Assembly: GCA_000320545.1 (NCBI GenBank)
Contig: ADNK01000048.1
Coordinates: forward strand, 1 to 64,000
DNA: 64,000 bases
Reading direction: 5' to 3'
Source: Bigelowiella natans CCMP2755
Taxonomy: Eukaryota > Protista > Cercozoa
Shown: positions 1 to 15,154 of the stretch, one piece after another
How positions within the stretch are numbered: position 1 is the first letter of the stretch
Layout: each line of letters starts with the position of its first letter
The notes under the pieces: model-generated
The model's database searches: none
Told to the model about the DNA's origin: nothing
Seen by the model: the letters and a program-made list of their open reading frames with translations, nothing else
Translations under genes and position numbers: made by a program

Positions 1-73
1 TAAATGTGATAACTAAAACAAACGCAAACGGCTGATCCAAAACTCTCCTCCTCCTCCTCCTCATTTCTTTCAG

Positions 74-364
74 GTTGTTGGGGAAGAGCTGCTCGGAGCG
101 TTGGTCAGGGAAACGGTGTGTGAGAGATGAGAAGATATAAAGCACACGCGTGCGCGCGCACACACAAAGAGGGAGAGAAAGAGAGAAAGAGAGAGAGAGA
201 GAGAACGAGAGCGATTGTGAAGCGCATTAATCTATGTATCCCTCCCCCTTCCCCTCCACAGGCCCTTAACGCTAGCAGAGCTCGCAGATCGCTCAACGCC
301 ACGTATATGGTATTACGACTACTATCACGATGTTTCAAGATACGTTATACATATAAATAAATAA

Positions 365-398
<34 letters not shown>

Positions 399-915
399 CT
401 AGAAGTAGTGGCAGACCATTGTGACCTCTCTCGCTCTCTTGCATGAGAATCATGAGAGGGACCGACGACGAAAGCTCGAGCCGATCTCCCCCCCCCCCCA
501 ACCCCCCCCTTGCAATAGATAGATACGACATACGACTCCTCTTTCTTTGGTATCTTCTTTTGTTTGATGGTACTACTGCTACTACTACTACTACTACTAC
601 TACAACTACTCAGGGTCCTCTGGGAACTAGGAGGAAGCTGATCAGGGACATTATTGGACGGTACACACATACATATATACATGCATACATACGTCATGAG
701 CACTAAATATAGAAAAATCGGTGGAAGAGAAACAAAAAGAAGAAGAAGAAGAAGAAGAAGAAGAAGAGGCATCGGAAGTGAAAGTGGATTTAAGAGTGAG
801 GTTTTTGCCGCACAATCCGAAATCTGACGGTTTTAACATGATGGCACTCCGTCTTAGATATAGTAACAGAAAGACCCAGGATGATGCTGCGAAGGTAGTA
901 GTCATTAACGAATAA
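74..915 (+). CDS. 3' part of a spliced gene, possibly a NOL1/NOP2/Sun (RsmB-type) RNA m5C methyltransferase-like protein; 5' end outside window
   Basis: Several AG..GT-bounded exons between microsatellite introns. Last exon encodes VRFLPHNPKSDGFNMMALR, resembling the C-terminal R-x-x-P-H-x-x-x-x-D-G-F motif of the family; stop at 915. Catalytic motifs not seen. Confidence 0.4.
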
Positions 916-1505
916 ACAGCAACCGTTTCCACCCAATCGGCTACTTTGAGCTAGTGCAACGTCTAATGATGTCAATCCTGCGTTTGGATGAAGGACCAAA
1001 AGCACCGATTATAAATCCTCACCGATGCATGGTTTCGCTCGATAGAAATGCCTACCTCGCGGCTTAATAGTAACTATTTATCGCTATGCTGATGCAAGAG
1101 AGAGAGAGGAGGGGGGGGGGGGGGGGGGAGGGAAGAGACGGTACGAAGGATATTTCTCGTTGGAAAATCGCCTATTTAGAATCGCTGAAGCACGCCTGAA
1201 GATGGATTGGTGGCCGGGCACAGGAAAAGCCGCGGCAAAAACCGGATCGTATCCAGTGACTTCGTGATTCCGCGAACATCTAGCTCTCTTCTAGGAAAAT
1301 GAGTGGGGAAATTAGCCATTGTTTAGAGATACAGGAAAACGTTCCTTTGTCGATCTGACTTGCTATCAACGACCCGTAGTAGCAATATTTCACTATTAAT
1401 TTCACTCACTATGTGTATACCCTTTCTTAATGAAAAATTATTTTATATCATCACGCTCGCATCACAACACCGCAGTGCCTAATTGCTGTGTATATCATAT
1501 CTTAG

Positions 1506-1597
1506 TGCTGTAGCGGCCGCTTTACATAGCTACGACTTAGGATGCATGACTATTGAAAAAAATTAATCGGAATAATTTCGACTACATACGTCTCACA
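1506..1597 (-). repeat. Dispersed ~90-bp intergenic repeat, copy 1
   Basis: Reverse complement TGTGAGACGTATGTAG..GATTAATTTTTTTCAATAGTCATGCATCCTAAGTCGTAGCTATGTAAAGCGGCCGCTACAGC matches the other copies. Confidence 0.7.
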
Positions 1598-2314
1598 TAT
1601 TATTGGCACGCAGCCAGATAAATATAATGTCCATGCATACAGTGGCTGTTACTAAAATGCATGTACGCTAATAGAGCCAGCTTTCTGGGTAAATTTGACA
1701 ACATTCCAGTATAGCTACATGACACGGCGACTCCCTTGATCATGACGTATCTACATAACGACTACGGCTACGTTGCTATAGTTCTATCTAGTCTGTTTAG
1801 CTGTGACGATGCGCTACACGTAATATCGTATACGATTATCACATGTTGTAGTCGCTTCTAGGCTTGCTTGTGTCTTGAATGAAGCTCACATGCGGTACTA
1901 CTACTGTGCAACACCGACAACTATGCATTTGCTCCCTTGCATTTTTGGTTCAGGACAAGGCTTATTAAGCTTATTTGTAGCAGCTGCGCAGCTAGCTAGC
2001 TAGCGTCTTTTTGATGTTGCTCTTAGCATTCAATTGTTGTTGCATCATCACCGGTGGTACAATCAACACAATAGCACACTGTGTTAAGTTGAAGTAGTTG
2101 CTACTAATGCAAACCAAACCACACCAACTAGCTAATCGGATGCTATGCATAGGATTTAACGATGACTCCGCGGTAAAAATGAAATGCATTATCTAGATAA
2201 TTGAAGGCCAGCCAGTTTTGTAATTAAATGAATCAACATTGAGGTCCACATGGAGGGTCATTCTCTTATTAATATTTTCATTTGATGTTCGATCTAATAC
2301 ATTTTTTGAGGTTC

Positions 2315-3448
2315 CTACGCGATCTCTGCTCTCGCCTTTGACACTGTCCCAGCATTAACTGTGATGCCCAGGCGAACGGAGGCCAGCTGAATCTCTTGAC
2401 GTAAGTTTTCGATCTGTCTTCTTTGAAGCTCCACAATTTTTGCAGCCTCGTTTTGCGAGTATGATGAGTTCTTCGCCTGACTCTTGCTGCTTACCGATAC
2501 CACTTCCTGCATTCATGTCGTAGTAACTTAGTGTGCTAAATCAAACTGGATTACGTTGTTTGAATCAGTGTATCACCTTACTAAGCGACCTCAACCTCAA
2601 TTTCTCCAGATTTGCTCTTAAAACCTTGATCTCTTTCAGTAAGTCCATGTTTTCCTTCATGATCTGATGAATTCGTTATATCTCATATGTCTTATAACAC
2701 TTACCAGAGGAGTGGTCATTACCGTGACAACGTTTTTCCGCCGCTGCTCCGATCCGATTCTCAACTTCCTCTTCAGTTCTTTGACTGTTTTGCGCAAATG
2801 GGTTTCCTGCTCTTTGTATTCGCTCTGCACTTTATCGGCAACCTGCATAGAATACGGCTCAATGAAGAAGAATGGTGACCACCATCATCGTCAAGAGATG
2901 CACTTCGTGAAATATAACTACCTTCACCGTCGATTTATTGATCGTGGCGTATCTTTCACATATTCTCGTCACTTCCTCGTCGAGCTTCGCAGGATGCTGA
3001 ATAACCTGCACAGGGGGGGTAGGGGAAAGGGGTGTGAATCCATGTCCAAGCTACAGAGTGAGTCGTGGCGCTCACAGCAACGAAGGTGGTTTTACCTCGA
3101 CGACAACTTGGATGTACTTCTTTATTTGCTGACAAACGTGCACAAAACTCGTTTAGTGATGAGGAGGTAGCACACGGAAAGCAGAAGCAGGGAAGGGGGA
3201 TAATTAGACTTACTTCCAACTCAATCTGCAGTCTCCTTAACCTTCGTCCCCTCTGCTGGTCCTCCTTTTGCTTATTCGAAAGCTTCTTCTTGAGCATTTT
3301 GATCTCGTCTTCAAGCTTGCCGTTCTCAGAGTGCCTTCGCTCCAGCTCTCCATCTAACCGCAACACCTTGGCCTACGCAGTGTATAATATATTTGATTAT
3401 ATATGTGTATATACACACACACACACACACATATTATAAAAAAATATT

Positions 3449-3493
<45 letters not shown>

Positions 3494-6400
3494 ACATGAT
3501 CGAAAAAAGATGATACAAAAGGTGCTGCTACCTTCATCTGGGCAATTTCCTTCTCCCTTGGCTCGATCTGGAGGTTCTGTTGCTTTATACTATAGTCGAG
3601 GACGTACTTGTGCTTTTCCAGCTCCTGGATGCTTTTCTTCAAGTCGTAGATCTGCGTCTCGCGCTCGCTTATCGTCTGGTCCATCTTTTTGATCTGCCGT
3701 TTCAAGCGCGCGATCTCCTCTTGCAGCCCCGAAACCTTGTCCTCCAGGCGTAGGGACTCCTCCTCTATCTCCTTCTTTTGCTCTATCTGCTCTATGATGT
3801 GCTTTTTCAGCGAGGCGAACCGCTTCTTCATGATACCGTTTTCTCCCTTGAGTCGCAGCGTGCTGTCCCTCTCGAGATTGAGTTTTGCCTCGTATTTCCT
3901 GACAAGCTGCTCGATTTCCAGGTCGGTGTCTAGCTCCAGCTGCCTCTTCGTCTCCTTGAACTGGCGCATCACGGTGTCTCTATCTTCCACAGCCTTGTTG
4001 ACTTTCTCAACCGCCTTGTTCTTCGCCTCTCTGTGGATCCGCTTGGACATCAGCGTTGCCTCCCTGTGCTCCTTCTCCATGGTGCGTATCCGGTTTCGGT
4101 GCTGCAGCTTCGCCTCCTGGTATTCGTTTTCAGCGTCGTTGTACATCTTAATCTGTTCTAAGAGGGAGTTCTGGTCCTGCATATCGATGCGGTCGAATTC
4201 CTCCTTACTCTCCTTGAAGAATCGCTTCTCGCTCTCCTGAAAGTCAACCTGCATGTCGGCCTTCTCCTCGCGGAGGCTTTCGTACTCGTTCTTCTGCTCC
4301 TCCAGCTTAAGCTGGAACTTCTGCGTCGAGTCCTTGAGGTTCTTCTGGTACTGCATCTCGTGCTGCCTGAGCTTGGAGTCGTTCTGTAGGATCAGAATCT
4401 TGACACGGGACTGCAGCTGGTGCATGATGACGTGCTTCTCCTCCAGGTCCGACTTGGTGACCATCACCTCCTCGGACCAAGGGATCACTTCCTTCGTTTC
4501 CTTCCGGCTCCGGAACTCGGGCGAGATGATGTCCCAGAACGCAAGGGTGCCATCGCGAGACACGGTAAACAGGTATTTGTCGTCGCTGGAGATGCACATT
4601 TTGCTCACTGCATCTGCGTGGCAGCTGTAGCCAACACAGTATATAGCTGCGAAGGGATACTTATACGACCAGACGTTTCCTTCCATGTCAGCTACGAAGA
4701 ACATACGCTGCGGCCGATGGCCTATGCATATCTGAGACAACTCTTTCTTCCCATCGATCTCTGGACTTGTGGGCGATTGATCAATGATCTCGACTATTTT
4801 GGATCCCTTTCCTACCGCGTACATCTTCTCGTCATACGAGGAAAGGGCACACGTGAAATGAACTCCCTTGAGAAAGTAGTTATTCACTTGCTCCCTGCTC
4901 TCCCCGAGTTTGGTGAGGAAAACGTGGCCGTCGGCACCTGTGGAGCAGATGGACTCATCGTCCTCACTCCAATATATCGAAGCCACCTTGCTCGAATGGC
5001 ACTTAAGCATCATATCAGGCCTTGGCTTGCACGTGAAGGTCTCAAACACGTGAATGAGTGAGTTCTGAGCCGCAGCGAACAGGTTACCACCGTTGGAGAA
5101 CCGGACTTCGCGGACGTTGCGAAGAGGGAAATCACGCACAGGGCGCAGGTCGTCCATTAGGATGTTGAAGAAACGTAGCTTGTCAGGAAAACCGATGACC
5201 AAGTGAAACCCCGAAGGGTGAAATGCAACTGACAGCGGTTCCTCTGCAAAGTATTTAACATTCTCGAGCGTTTTTGTCATGTAGTCCCAGACCCGCACCG
5301 ACTTATCCTGCCCAACCGTAACCACCAGCGGTTTTCGCTGGCAAATATCCATGCCGTTGATGGTAGCATGGTGACCGAGCTCTCCCAGGGGCTGAAACTT
5401 CATGTCCCTCGGGTTTAAGACATCAGCGTTAAAGGAAGTAAGAGTGTACATTTGGGAGTTCTCCAGCGCGATGCAGGTGGATCTTTGCGTTGGGGAGACA
5501 CTGAGGGAAGTCACAGCTGCAGTTTGTTCTTGTTGCACGACGAATTCCTTTTGCTTCTTGAAATCGTTTGCGAGTTCGTCGTCCTTATGCTGTCTCTGGA
5601 ATACTTCGATTTTGCCGCTACCAGTGCCGACAAGGAAGGACTTATCACGACTACAGACCTGCATATTGGGGGGTTGTCTATCAAGAATTGAATGAATCAT
5701 AAGTCTATAGGAATCGACCTTTATACAAGTCACTGGCATGAGATCAGATGTCGTTGACATCTCCTTTAACAGAGAGAAGTTTTGGAATAGCAATACCTGC
5801 AAAACGTTAATTTAGAATCTCGGTCCAGGAGGAAACCGATCGGGAATGATATGAGTAGTCTAAGAATTCACCTTTCCCGACTCTGTTCCAACCAGAAGTA
5901 GATTTGATGCCAACCACTCATGACATAAGTAGTTTTCCGCGATCTTTCCCTTCGTTTCGATATGTTGCAGTTTTGAATCTGAGTCAATCTTAAAGAAGTT
6001 GACTAGTTTGTATCCCGTCAAGACCAACACCGAGGGATCATGCGGTGAGAAGCTGCAGCGTAAGTTAGATGATGTGGACTTCACTGCAATTGATTCACTT
6101 TGAAGAACCTGTTAGAAGAGAGCAAGTCAATTTCCTGAAGGGCGCGTAAAAAATAACGACGAACCTTCTTTGCTTCCCAGTCCCATGTACTCAAAATAAA
6201 GTCTGGTTCACCCCCTATGCAAAGCAGGTATTTGCTGTCCGGGGAGAATTTTAAAGACGTGTACAATGAACTGGAAACTTCCGGATTTATAAGAGAAGCA
6301 CACAGCTTCAGCGTACGGACATCGTAGATGTCGATCTTCCCATTCGTGTCGGTTCGAAAGGCAGCAGCAATAGTCCTAGAAGAATGCACGCGGGTCACAA

Positions 6401-6987
6401 TTGGAATGGATACCTTTCATCTTCGAGTTATTGGTCATTGGTTCTTAATACCTTCTATTAGGAGAAACAGCTATCGCTGTTATTTCGGAGGCAGAATCTT
6501 CGTTCGCATCCCCAGTCACTATGAACCGCTGGGTCTTCGTGATAGTGTCATAGATTACTGAAGATGACAATTGCCAAAGGTCAGCATTACATAATTCGAG
6601 ATACTATTCAAGAGAATTCTTTAGATTTGGAAAATCAGACAATTTCGTACCGATGTTCCGGCCGCAGGGATAAACTATCACATTTTCTTCAATGTAGTGA
6701 ACGTTGTCAGTCACATCCTCCTTGAGCCCAAACACATGCCTGAAAAACAGATACAATCAAAAATTAAGGCTACGCCGATACGTATATCATAGAGAGCTGC
6801 AATCTTTTGAACAGATAAGGAATTCTAAGTTTTTCACATGGTTTCTTCGACATCTCAGTTTCGCAGAAAGCTTGCAGGTTATGCACCCCCAATCTCGAGG
6901 CGAAGGTCAGGCAGAACTCAGCAAACATAAGCGTTGGTATCGATACCTGAGCTTGAGCTCGGAGGCAATGCTGTTCTCGCCGCTCAT
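2315..6987 (-). CDS. CFAP57: Cilia- and flagella-associated protein 57 (WD40 repeats plus long coiled coil), multi-exon
   Basis: Spliced N-terminus MSGENSIASELKLR|HVFGLKEDVTDNVHYIEENVIVYPCGRNI. WD40 segments such as CQRKPLVVTVGQDKSVRVWDY and SVAFHPSGFHLVIGFPDKLR. Coiled-coil motifs LKGENGIMKKRF and IYDLKKSIQELEKHKYVLDY. Stop at 2315. Confidence 0.92.
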
Positions 6988-7902
6988 GGTGATAGAGCGC
7001 TGGGAAAGGGGAGGGGACGGAGGGCGTATTACTATCGGGCACGTGCAGGTCTTAGGCGAAAATCAGACAGCGAATGGGAAATAATATTGAACGTCTTAAA
7101 ATACCATTGTCTCTAATTGTAAATGGACTCCTTCTTCACTCAGAATTCTGTGCCTGAAAATGCTGGTAACGGACGTGGGTGGCAAGCCCGCTCCAAATAC
7201 ATTCAGTTTTCTCTAAAATCGGAAAGACTCGAATGAGAGATGCCCCAGATTTTAAATTTAATTTAATTTCAGACCATGTTTGCTAGTCTCAGGGTCGAAA
7301 TGCCATTTATGACGGAAGTGGACTCCCTTTTAATATCGTTGTCGCGAGGAAGATTGATAATTTCATGCATTTATTTCTGGAAGAGGTTATTCTGTGTTGT
7401 CGCTAGTAATTCCCCGCATGAAATTATGACTACAGCCGAAAGCAATCTCGTTCCTCCCCTCCTCGATATTGCACGACGATCTATCCCATCACAGTTTTCG
7501 CTCCCCTATCCATTCGCCGCAGAATTTTTTAAGGTAGGGTTCTATGTAAGCAAAGGGAAAGGAAGATCCGCCCTGATACACCAAAATGTTGCATTATTTG
7601 GATATGCGCTCTCCGATGTCGTAGAAGTTGTGAAAGTTTTGCACTCGGAACCTATGTTCGGCTGAGAAAAAGGAATTTAATCGTTGTGCTCAGAAAGCCT
7701 TCGTCTTACATTATGATATAATATATTACTAGGAAGTTGCTTTCTCTTAGGAGCAACATCAAATTATATGCATGTACCCATATTTACAGAAATATGATAA
7801 AATATGTTATCGGTAGGTCGGTGAAAGAGGATAATAGTGCGCTTTGTCTTAGAACCAAATTGGTCTTAAGCAATTATTGCCAACTCTGGGGGGAGGAAGT
7901 AC

Positions 7903-10095
<2,193 letters not shown>

Positions 10096-10724
10096 AAAAT
10101 TAAAGAATATGAACGGAAAAGCATGGGGGCGTGGAATGTGCACACCGCCTCCTGTAGCTGTTGAATCTATAGCAAACATATAATATTTTAGTTGTGAACA
10201 TAAAATGTGATATATAAGTTGTATTTTTCCCACGTGTGATAGTTGATACTGTTTAATGGTTCTATCATCTTGATGAAAGAACATGTATTTATTTGGTAGT
10301 CATCAGTCAGCACGAAATTTAGATTGCATCTTGTTGGATATGTCTTGTCAAACGAGTAACACGAACAATGTTTTACTTGCTAATAATTTACTAGAATGTT
10401 CGATCGCTTGTCATCAAAAACATTATATTTGTCAGCAGTGTGTTTGATTATTGATAGCACAAGCAATGATTGATATCAGTAATGATGAAAGGCAATTGCA
10501 TATGTATTTCAAGGGCAGTATATACATTGTCATAGCATACTCAGCTGCTGAAGCATGCGCATGGTAGATGCAGCGCAAGCTCAAATAGTATCCGCCAGCT
10601 GTCTCGTTGTACCAGCTGTTGTGAATGCACTGTGCACACATTGTAACATCATCGTATACGGCCGAAAGAGGATGCTTTCACATGCATGAAACACATTGTG
10701 GCAGAAACCAACAGACACAACATC

Positions 10725-10805
10725 AGCGCTGTAGCCGCTGCATTGCACAGCTACATCAGGATGACCATTGAAAAAATTTAATTTGTTCATTACATCCGTC
10801 TCACA
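10725..10805 (-). repeat. Dispersed ~90-bp intergenic repeat, copy 2
   Basis: Reverse complement TGTGAGACGGATGTAATGAACAAATTAAATTTTTTCAATGGTCATCCTGATGTAGCTGTGCAATGCAGCGGCTACAGCGCT. Confidence 0.8.
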
Positions 10806-11091
10806 CATCACAATGTGCGTCGCACAATGTAGCATAGCATGCATGTATACGCTACATCCTCCAACATGTGCGGAATAAGTATATCATATACCTAGAATGA
10901 TGATAATCATGATTGCTGACACAACTTTGTTAGATACATGTCTTCTATAGTCTGGCGCAAACATCGTCACATCGGACAAGCCCTGCTAGCCTGTTACGGT
11001 GTATCCAAGCTACATGAGGCCAGGTACCCACGTGAAGAAGGTAACAATTCTGCTGATACTTTGGATATTGCAATTTAAATTTGCATGTTCC

Positions 11092-12217
11092 CTATTTCTT
11101 CTTGTAGATTGTAGCAAGATGAGAAATTTCATGTGCGAGGTCTTCCGCAACTTTAAGATCGGTGGATTGCTTCGCCTGTCAAAATAAGGGTTCCATAAAT
11201 TAGATATCATTGATTATCAACTTGCCACGAGCTTGCTACACTTCCTAAAGTCGAAAACATAGAATCATAACCTTCATAGCAAGGCGCATGACACGATGAT
11301 GGGTTGCCAGAATCTGTAGATATTATGGAAATAATGCAAGTCACATCAGTGTTCATTTCATTCATATGATTCTTGTGACCTCGAGATACGCTGGATAACC
11401 TTCGTCATACTTTGACACGTTTGCAACCTAGAGAAAAGTATTTCACCCCCATTGATAGACACAGACGTATGTTGTTGATGAAATCGAAGTATATCGAGAT
11501 TTTTTGATTCTCTGACCTTTTGAGTAAGAAAATACTCTGCGAGTATGGTGATGATGTTCGACGCATGAGCCTGCATCACAAAGTGATTAGATAAAATGTA
11601 CATAAGCAATAGGCAATTTGAAAAAGCGGGTCAGAACCTCCTTCGTGATAATCCACCTCGTAGCTTGATTCATGCTTCAGATTTAGAAATTAAGTATCAG
11701 CGAAAATTTACAAGCCCATTGTTAACATCTATCAATACCTCTGGGCATTCTTGGCTGGAGAAAGTGAATTGACCTGTAGGTATTCAATGCAAGTCCAAAT
11801 ATAAAAGATGTTATTCGCCATTTTTCGTGAGTAACGTGAAACACGGGACCCGTACCTGATTCATAGCCTTCGTGATGGTCTTGCAGTCCTCTAATAGAGT
11901 GTTAATCCGACCACTGTCGTCATAAATTCCACACGGCACCTTTACAGAATATGAGTTATCGAGAAAGCGAGAGAAGAACATGAGTAACATTCGACAACTG
12001 CATTCATTACCTGGCAGTGCGCAAATGCAGCCTTTGTTGAAAAGAGGGAAAGCGCTGCGAATCCACTAGAAGCGAGAGCAGCGTTACGGAATCCTTTTTT
12101 TAAAAAAAAAATGTAATCGATTCAACACACCCTGTTGTCACCAAGCTGATAATGTCACGTCAGTGGGGAATGGGAAAGGGAGAGGGGGCAGGAGGGACGT
12201 GAGAAAGCGGCCCGCAT
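11092..12217 (-). CDS. sodN: Nickel superoxide dismutase (NiSOD) precursor, 9 short exons, absent from the ORF track
   Basis: Exons 12217-12199 (tentative), 12093-12011, 11939-11856, 11773-11739, 11674-11638, 11570-11517, 11427-11380, 11313-11272 and 11175-11092 join in phase at GT-AG junctions. Product: MRAAFSRFRNAALASSGFAALSLFSTKAAFA-HCQVPCGIYDDSGRINTLLEDCKTITKAMNQVNSLSPAKNAQSMNQATRWIITKEAHASNIITILAEYFLTQKVANVSKYDEGYPAYLEILATHHRVMRLAMKAKQSTDLKVAEDLAHEISHLATIYKKK. Ni-hook H-C-x-x-P-C-G-x-Y is intact. Confidence 0.95.
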
Positions 12218-12387
12218 GGTTTATCTAGTCGCAGATAAAAATCCCCTCTCTCGACGTTTGCAACAAGTGCTTGGCATCACTGGCAGGAACATGCTAGCGA
12301 CGTGAATTTCCTTTTGTCGCACCAGAGAAATTGGGAAGACGCTGACAATTCCACAATTCCCCACTTCGCTCGACGTAAAATTCGCGT
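12218..12387. promoter_or_regulatory. Putative compact bidirectional promoter between sodN and fibrillin
   Basis: Only about 170 bp separate the two divergent predicted start codons. Confidence 0.5.
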
Positions 12388-12791
12388 ATGTGGCCGTGGT
12401 ACTTGCTTCTGCTCCTCACGTCCACAGCATCATCATCGCTGTCATGTAGGCGGGCGGTTCGATCCCCTACTGCAAGAGGATTCCTAAAGTCAATGAAACG
12501 GGGAATTGCCCCTGCTTCAGTGTTCCAGTTTTTGGAGACGGGTGGAGAACAAAGCATACACGTGCATAATGGGGACTACCGGTTTCACATGTATGTGTTT
12601 TAAGGTTGGGGCCAGTCCAATCGCGAAGTATTGAAGACGAATTTGTTGGAAATAATAGCACCCTTGAAGAAAGGCGATGGAGCCACAACAGAGCAGCAGA
12701 TAGAAGTTGAAATGGCAGCAAGGTTTAACAGAGAAAACTAAGACGGAATGTCGCTACGTACCAAGATGAAGTTACATTCACACGAACACAC

Positions 12792-12854
<63 letters not shown>

Positions 12855-13849
12855 CGCACACACACGCGCGCACACACGCACATTCACCCTCATATGAATT
12901 ACAAAGCCATCATATTTCATAAATTTAGGCGTTTAGAACGCGTCAATCCAAGTCCACGTCCATTGAGCTCGTCGCTCTTAAGCGACAAATGGGAGTTGGT
13001 ATAACAGAAATACTTTTATTTACGAGATGCTAGTGTCAACTTTTGTAGTTTGAAACTACTATTGTTATTTGACGTTCTTGCTTAGGTTTACACGACCTCA
13101 GCGCCCATCTTGGGGTCTAAGCGTCTTCCGTTATTTAAACCAAGGAATCTGTATCAGGTAACCTTAAAGTCGAGTAGGATCGCGACCCTACATGATCATT
13201 TTTCTGCTCAAATTTGAATCTAGACGTTAGACATTCAAAATTTACGAGGGAAAAATGAGCAAGAAGGCTTCCTAGGGATCGTGGAGTCCGTGACTGCGAA
13301 TTTTACTCCTGTGGTTTGTTGATTCATTACATTCTGACAAATAAGTTAACATAAAAATCCGCATCACAAACTGGTGCGCGCGCGCGCGCGCACACACACA
13401 CACTGTGTGTACTCCATAATGAGGAATTTATTTGTTTAGACACATTAATACATGATTCATTCTGTCAGAATGAGACGACAGTAAACGTACAGTTTGACGA
13501 GTTTGGGATTGGGCCGATTCGAATCAAGGCACCTGCTTCTTGTAGTGCAACTCTAACCTTCGTCAATGCTAATTGGGGAGTATACGAAGATGCGTACATT
13601 ACTTACAACAGTATTTGATGGATATGCACATAGATATTTGATTTATATTTTTAAATATGTATATCACATTTAGTGCTGTGTGCATGTGAATCAACTACGA
13701 AGAAGGTCATCAGTAAACACTAAAGAATGGTTTTTGATAATTTGTTAGTCAAAGGAGTTCTAAGGACGACATATTTAGATGATGAGATGAGAATATCAAG
13801 AGGGGACAAAGGCAATCTTTTCATATTGTTACGGGCAAGTAGGGAATAA
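12388..13849 (+). CDS. Plastid lipid-associated protein / fibrillin (PAP_fibrillin) with bipartite signal plus transit-like leader
   Basis: Leader MWPWYLLLLLTSTASSSLSCRRAVRSPTARGFLKSMKR. Spliced exons give LKTNLLEIIAPLKKGDGATTEQQ, LERVNPSPRPLSSSLLSDKWEL|VYTTS, VNVQFDEFGIGPIRIKAP and TTYLDDEMRISRGDKGNLFIL; stop at 13849. Confidence 0.9.
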
Positions 13850-15154
13850 GCACCCAGATGTTTTTGTTCTCAGAGATGAACTTAAGTTTGCTAAATGCAA
13901 AAGGTACACACATATACACATGCAAGCATGCATGTGTACCTAACTAGCTAAATGCATGCACACATGCACACTTCCAACTTACCCTGCAATTTTCATGCGG
14001 TGGCATTCAACGCTACGGAAGAAGATGTCTGTCTAATATCAGACACGTGCATTGCAGCATGTAGCCAAATTTGTGCATGGCATGGCATGTGGCATCTAGC
14101 CATGTGTTGTAATCGCGGACCGAAATCGGTACTTTTGCACACAAAGTGGGACTTTTTCGCATCATTCAAATCGGAGCGAGCGCCCGCTCAGTGTGTCAAC
14201 TGCATGCAAAATCCCAATGCTTTCAAAAAAATTGCATCGCTCCAATTGCGATGCATGCTAGCATGGTCTGCATGCATTGAGCTAGTGAGGCTGGCTAGCT
14301 GGACTTGGCCCATCATGCGCCTCGCTAGCTCGGCGAATGATGCATGTGCACACACACATCATTTGGTAGATGTGTGGAAATGACAAGCACTGCTGTGTTT
14401 TCTGACACACTGAGCAAACATTCAAGGTGTCTTTGTTTTCCAAAACAGGAAGTTTTGCCTTGCAAAAAAACAACGGAACCAAAGAGCCAATCTGAACTGC
14501 CTTTTTCATCATGCATGTGAACATGCACCTGCACCTACAGCGATTTCCTCAGAGCTTTTGAGGAGCCTTTAGATCTAAGGATGGCCTTTTGTTGGCCTTT
14601 CATGTGGGCCTAAAATGGAAATAAGTATGGATTTGATGAACGATGTCTAAATTGATTATTTTGCCTTGCGATAGGCCTGGGTTGATCTTTCCACAAGAGA
14701 GTTCAACCGATGCGGAAGCTTGCCCGATGTTGCTCATGACAAATTCTCCTTGTGCTACGAGCATCATTTCGTGGCAAATTTAGCGCCAAACCGGGTATTA
14801 TTGCCTGCGATTGATGCCAAATGGTCTCTGCTGAACTGTGCGGTTCTATAACGACAATGAAAACGTTCAATTTTTAGCCCAAAATGCATGCGACTATCAT
14901 TAATGTGAAATGTCACATCGTCGCAACCTGCGACTAGATTGGGAGGTTGTCGCAGAGGGGGCCGAGTATGCGCTGGCAAGGTCGAGCGGAATACCAAGCG
15001 CCATGCAAGGAAGTGAAAAAGAAGGGACATTACCTCATTTCTCATTTCTAAGGGTGGTGACCATGTAGTTCTAATTCACACTTTCCGACGATTATTATTC
15101 TTTGCACCTTCCTTTAATATGATACATCGATCTGAGATTGCTGTCGACTGACAG

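Noticed and set aside
3689-5691. Several long plus-strand ORFs overlapping CFAP57
   Set aside because: Antisense shadows of the large coding exon.
7276-7665. 129-aa ORF upstream of SRPK
   Set aside because: No recognisable motif; it lies in the divergent promoter/5' UTR region and contains a likely UTR intron donor.
10741-10800. SECIS-like reading of the hairpin repeat (ATGA..AA..)
   Set aside because: The 3' arm lacks the required GA quartet, copies occur in both orientations, and no flanking gene shows an in-frame TGA.
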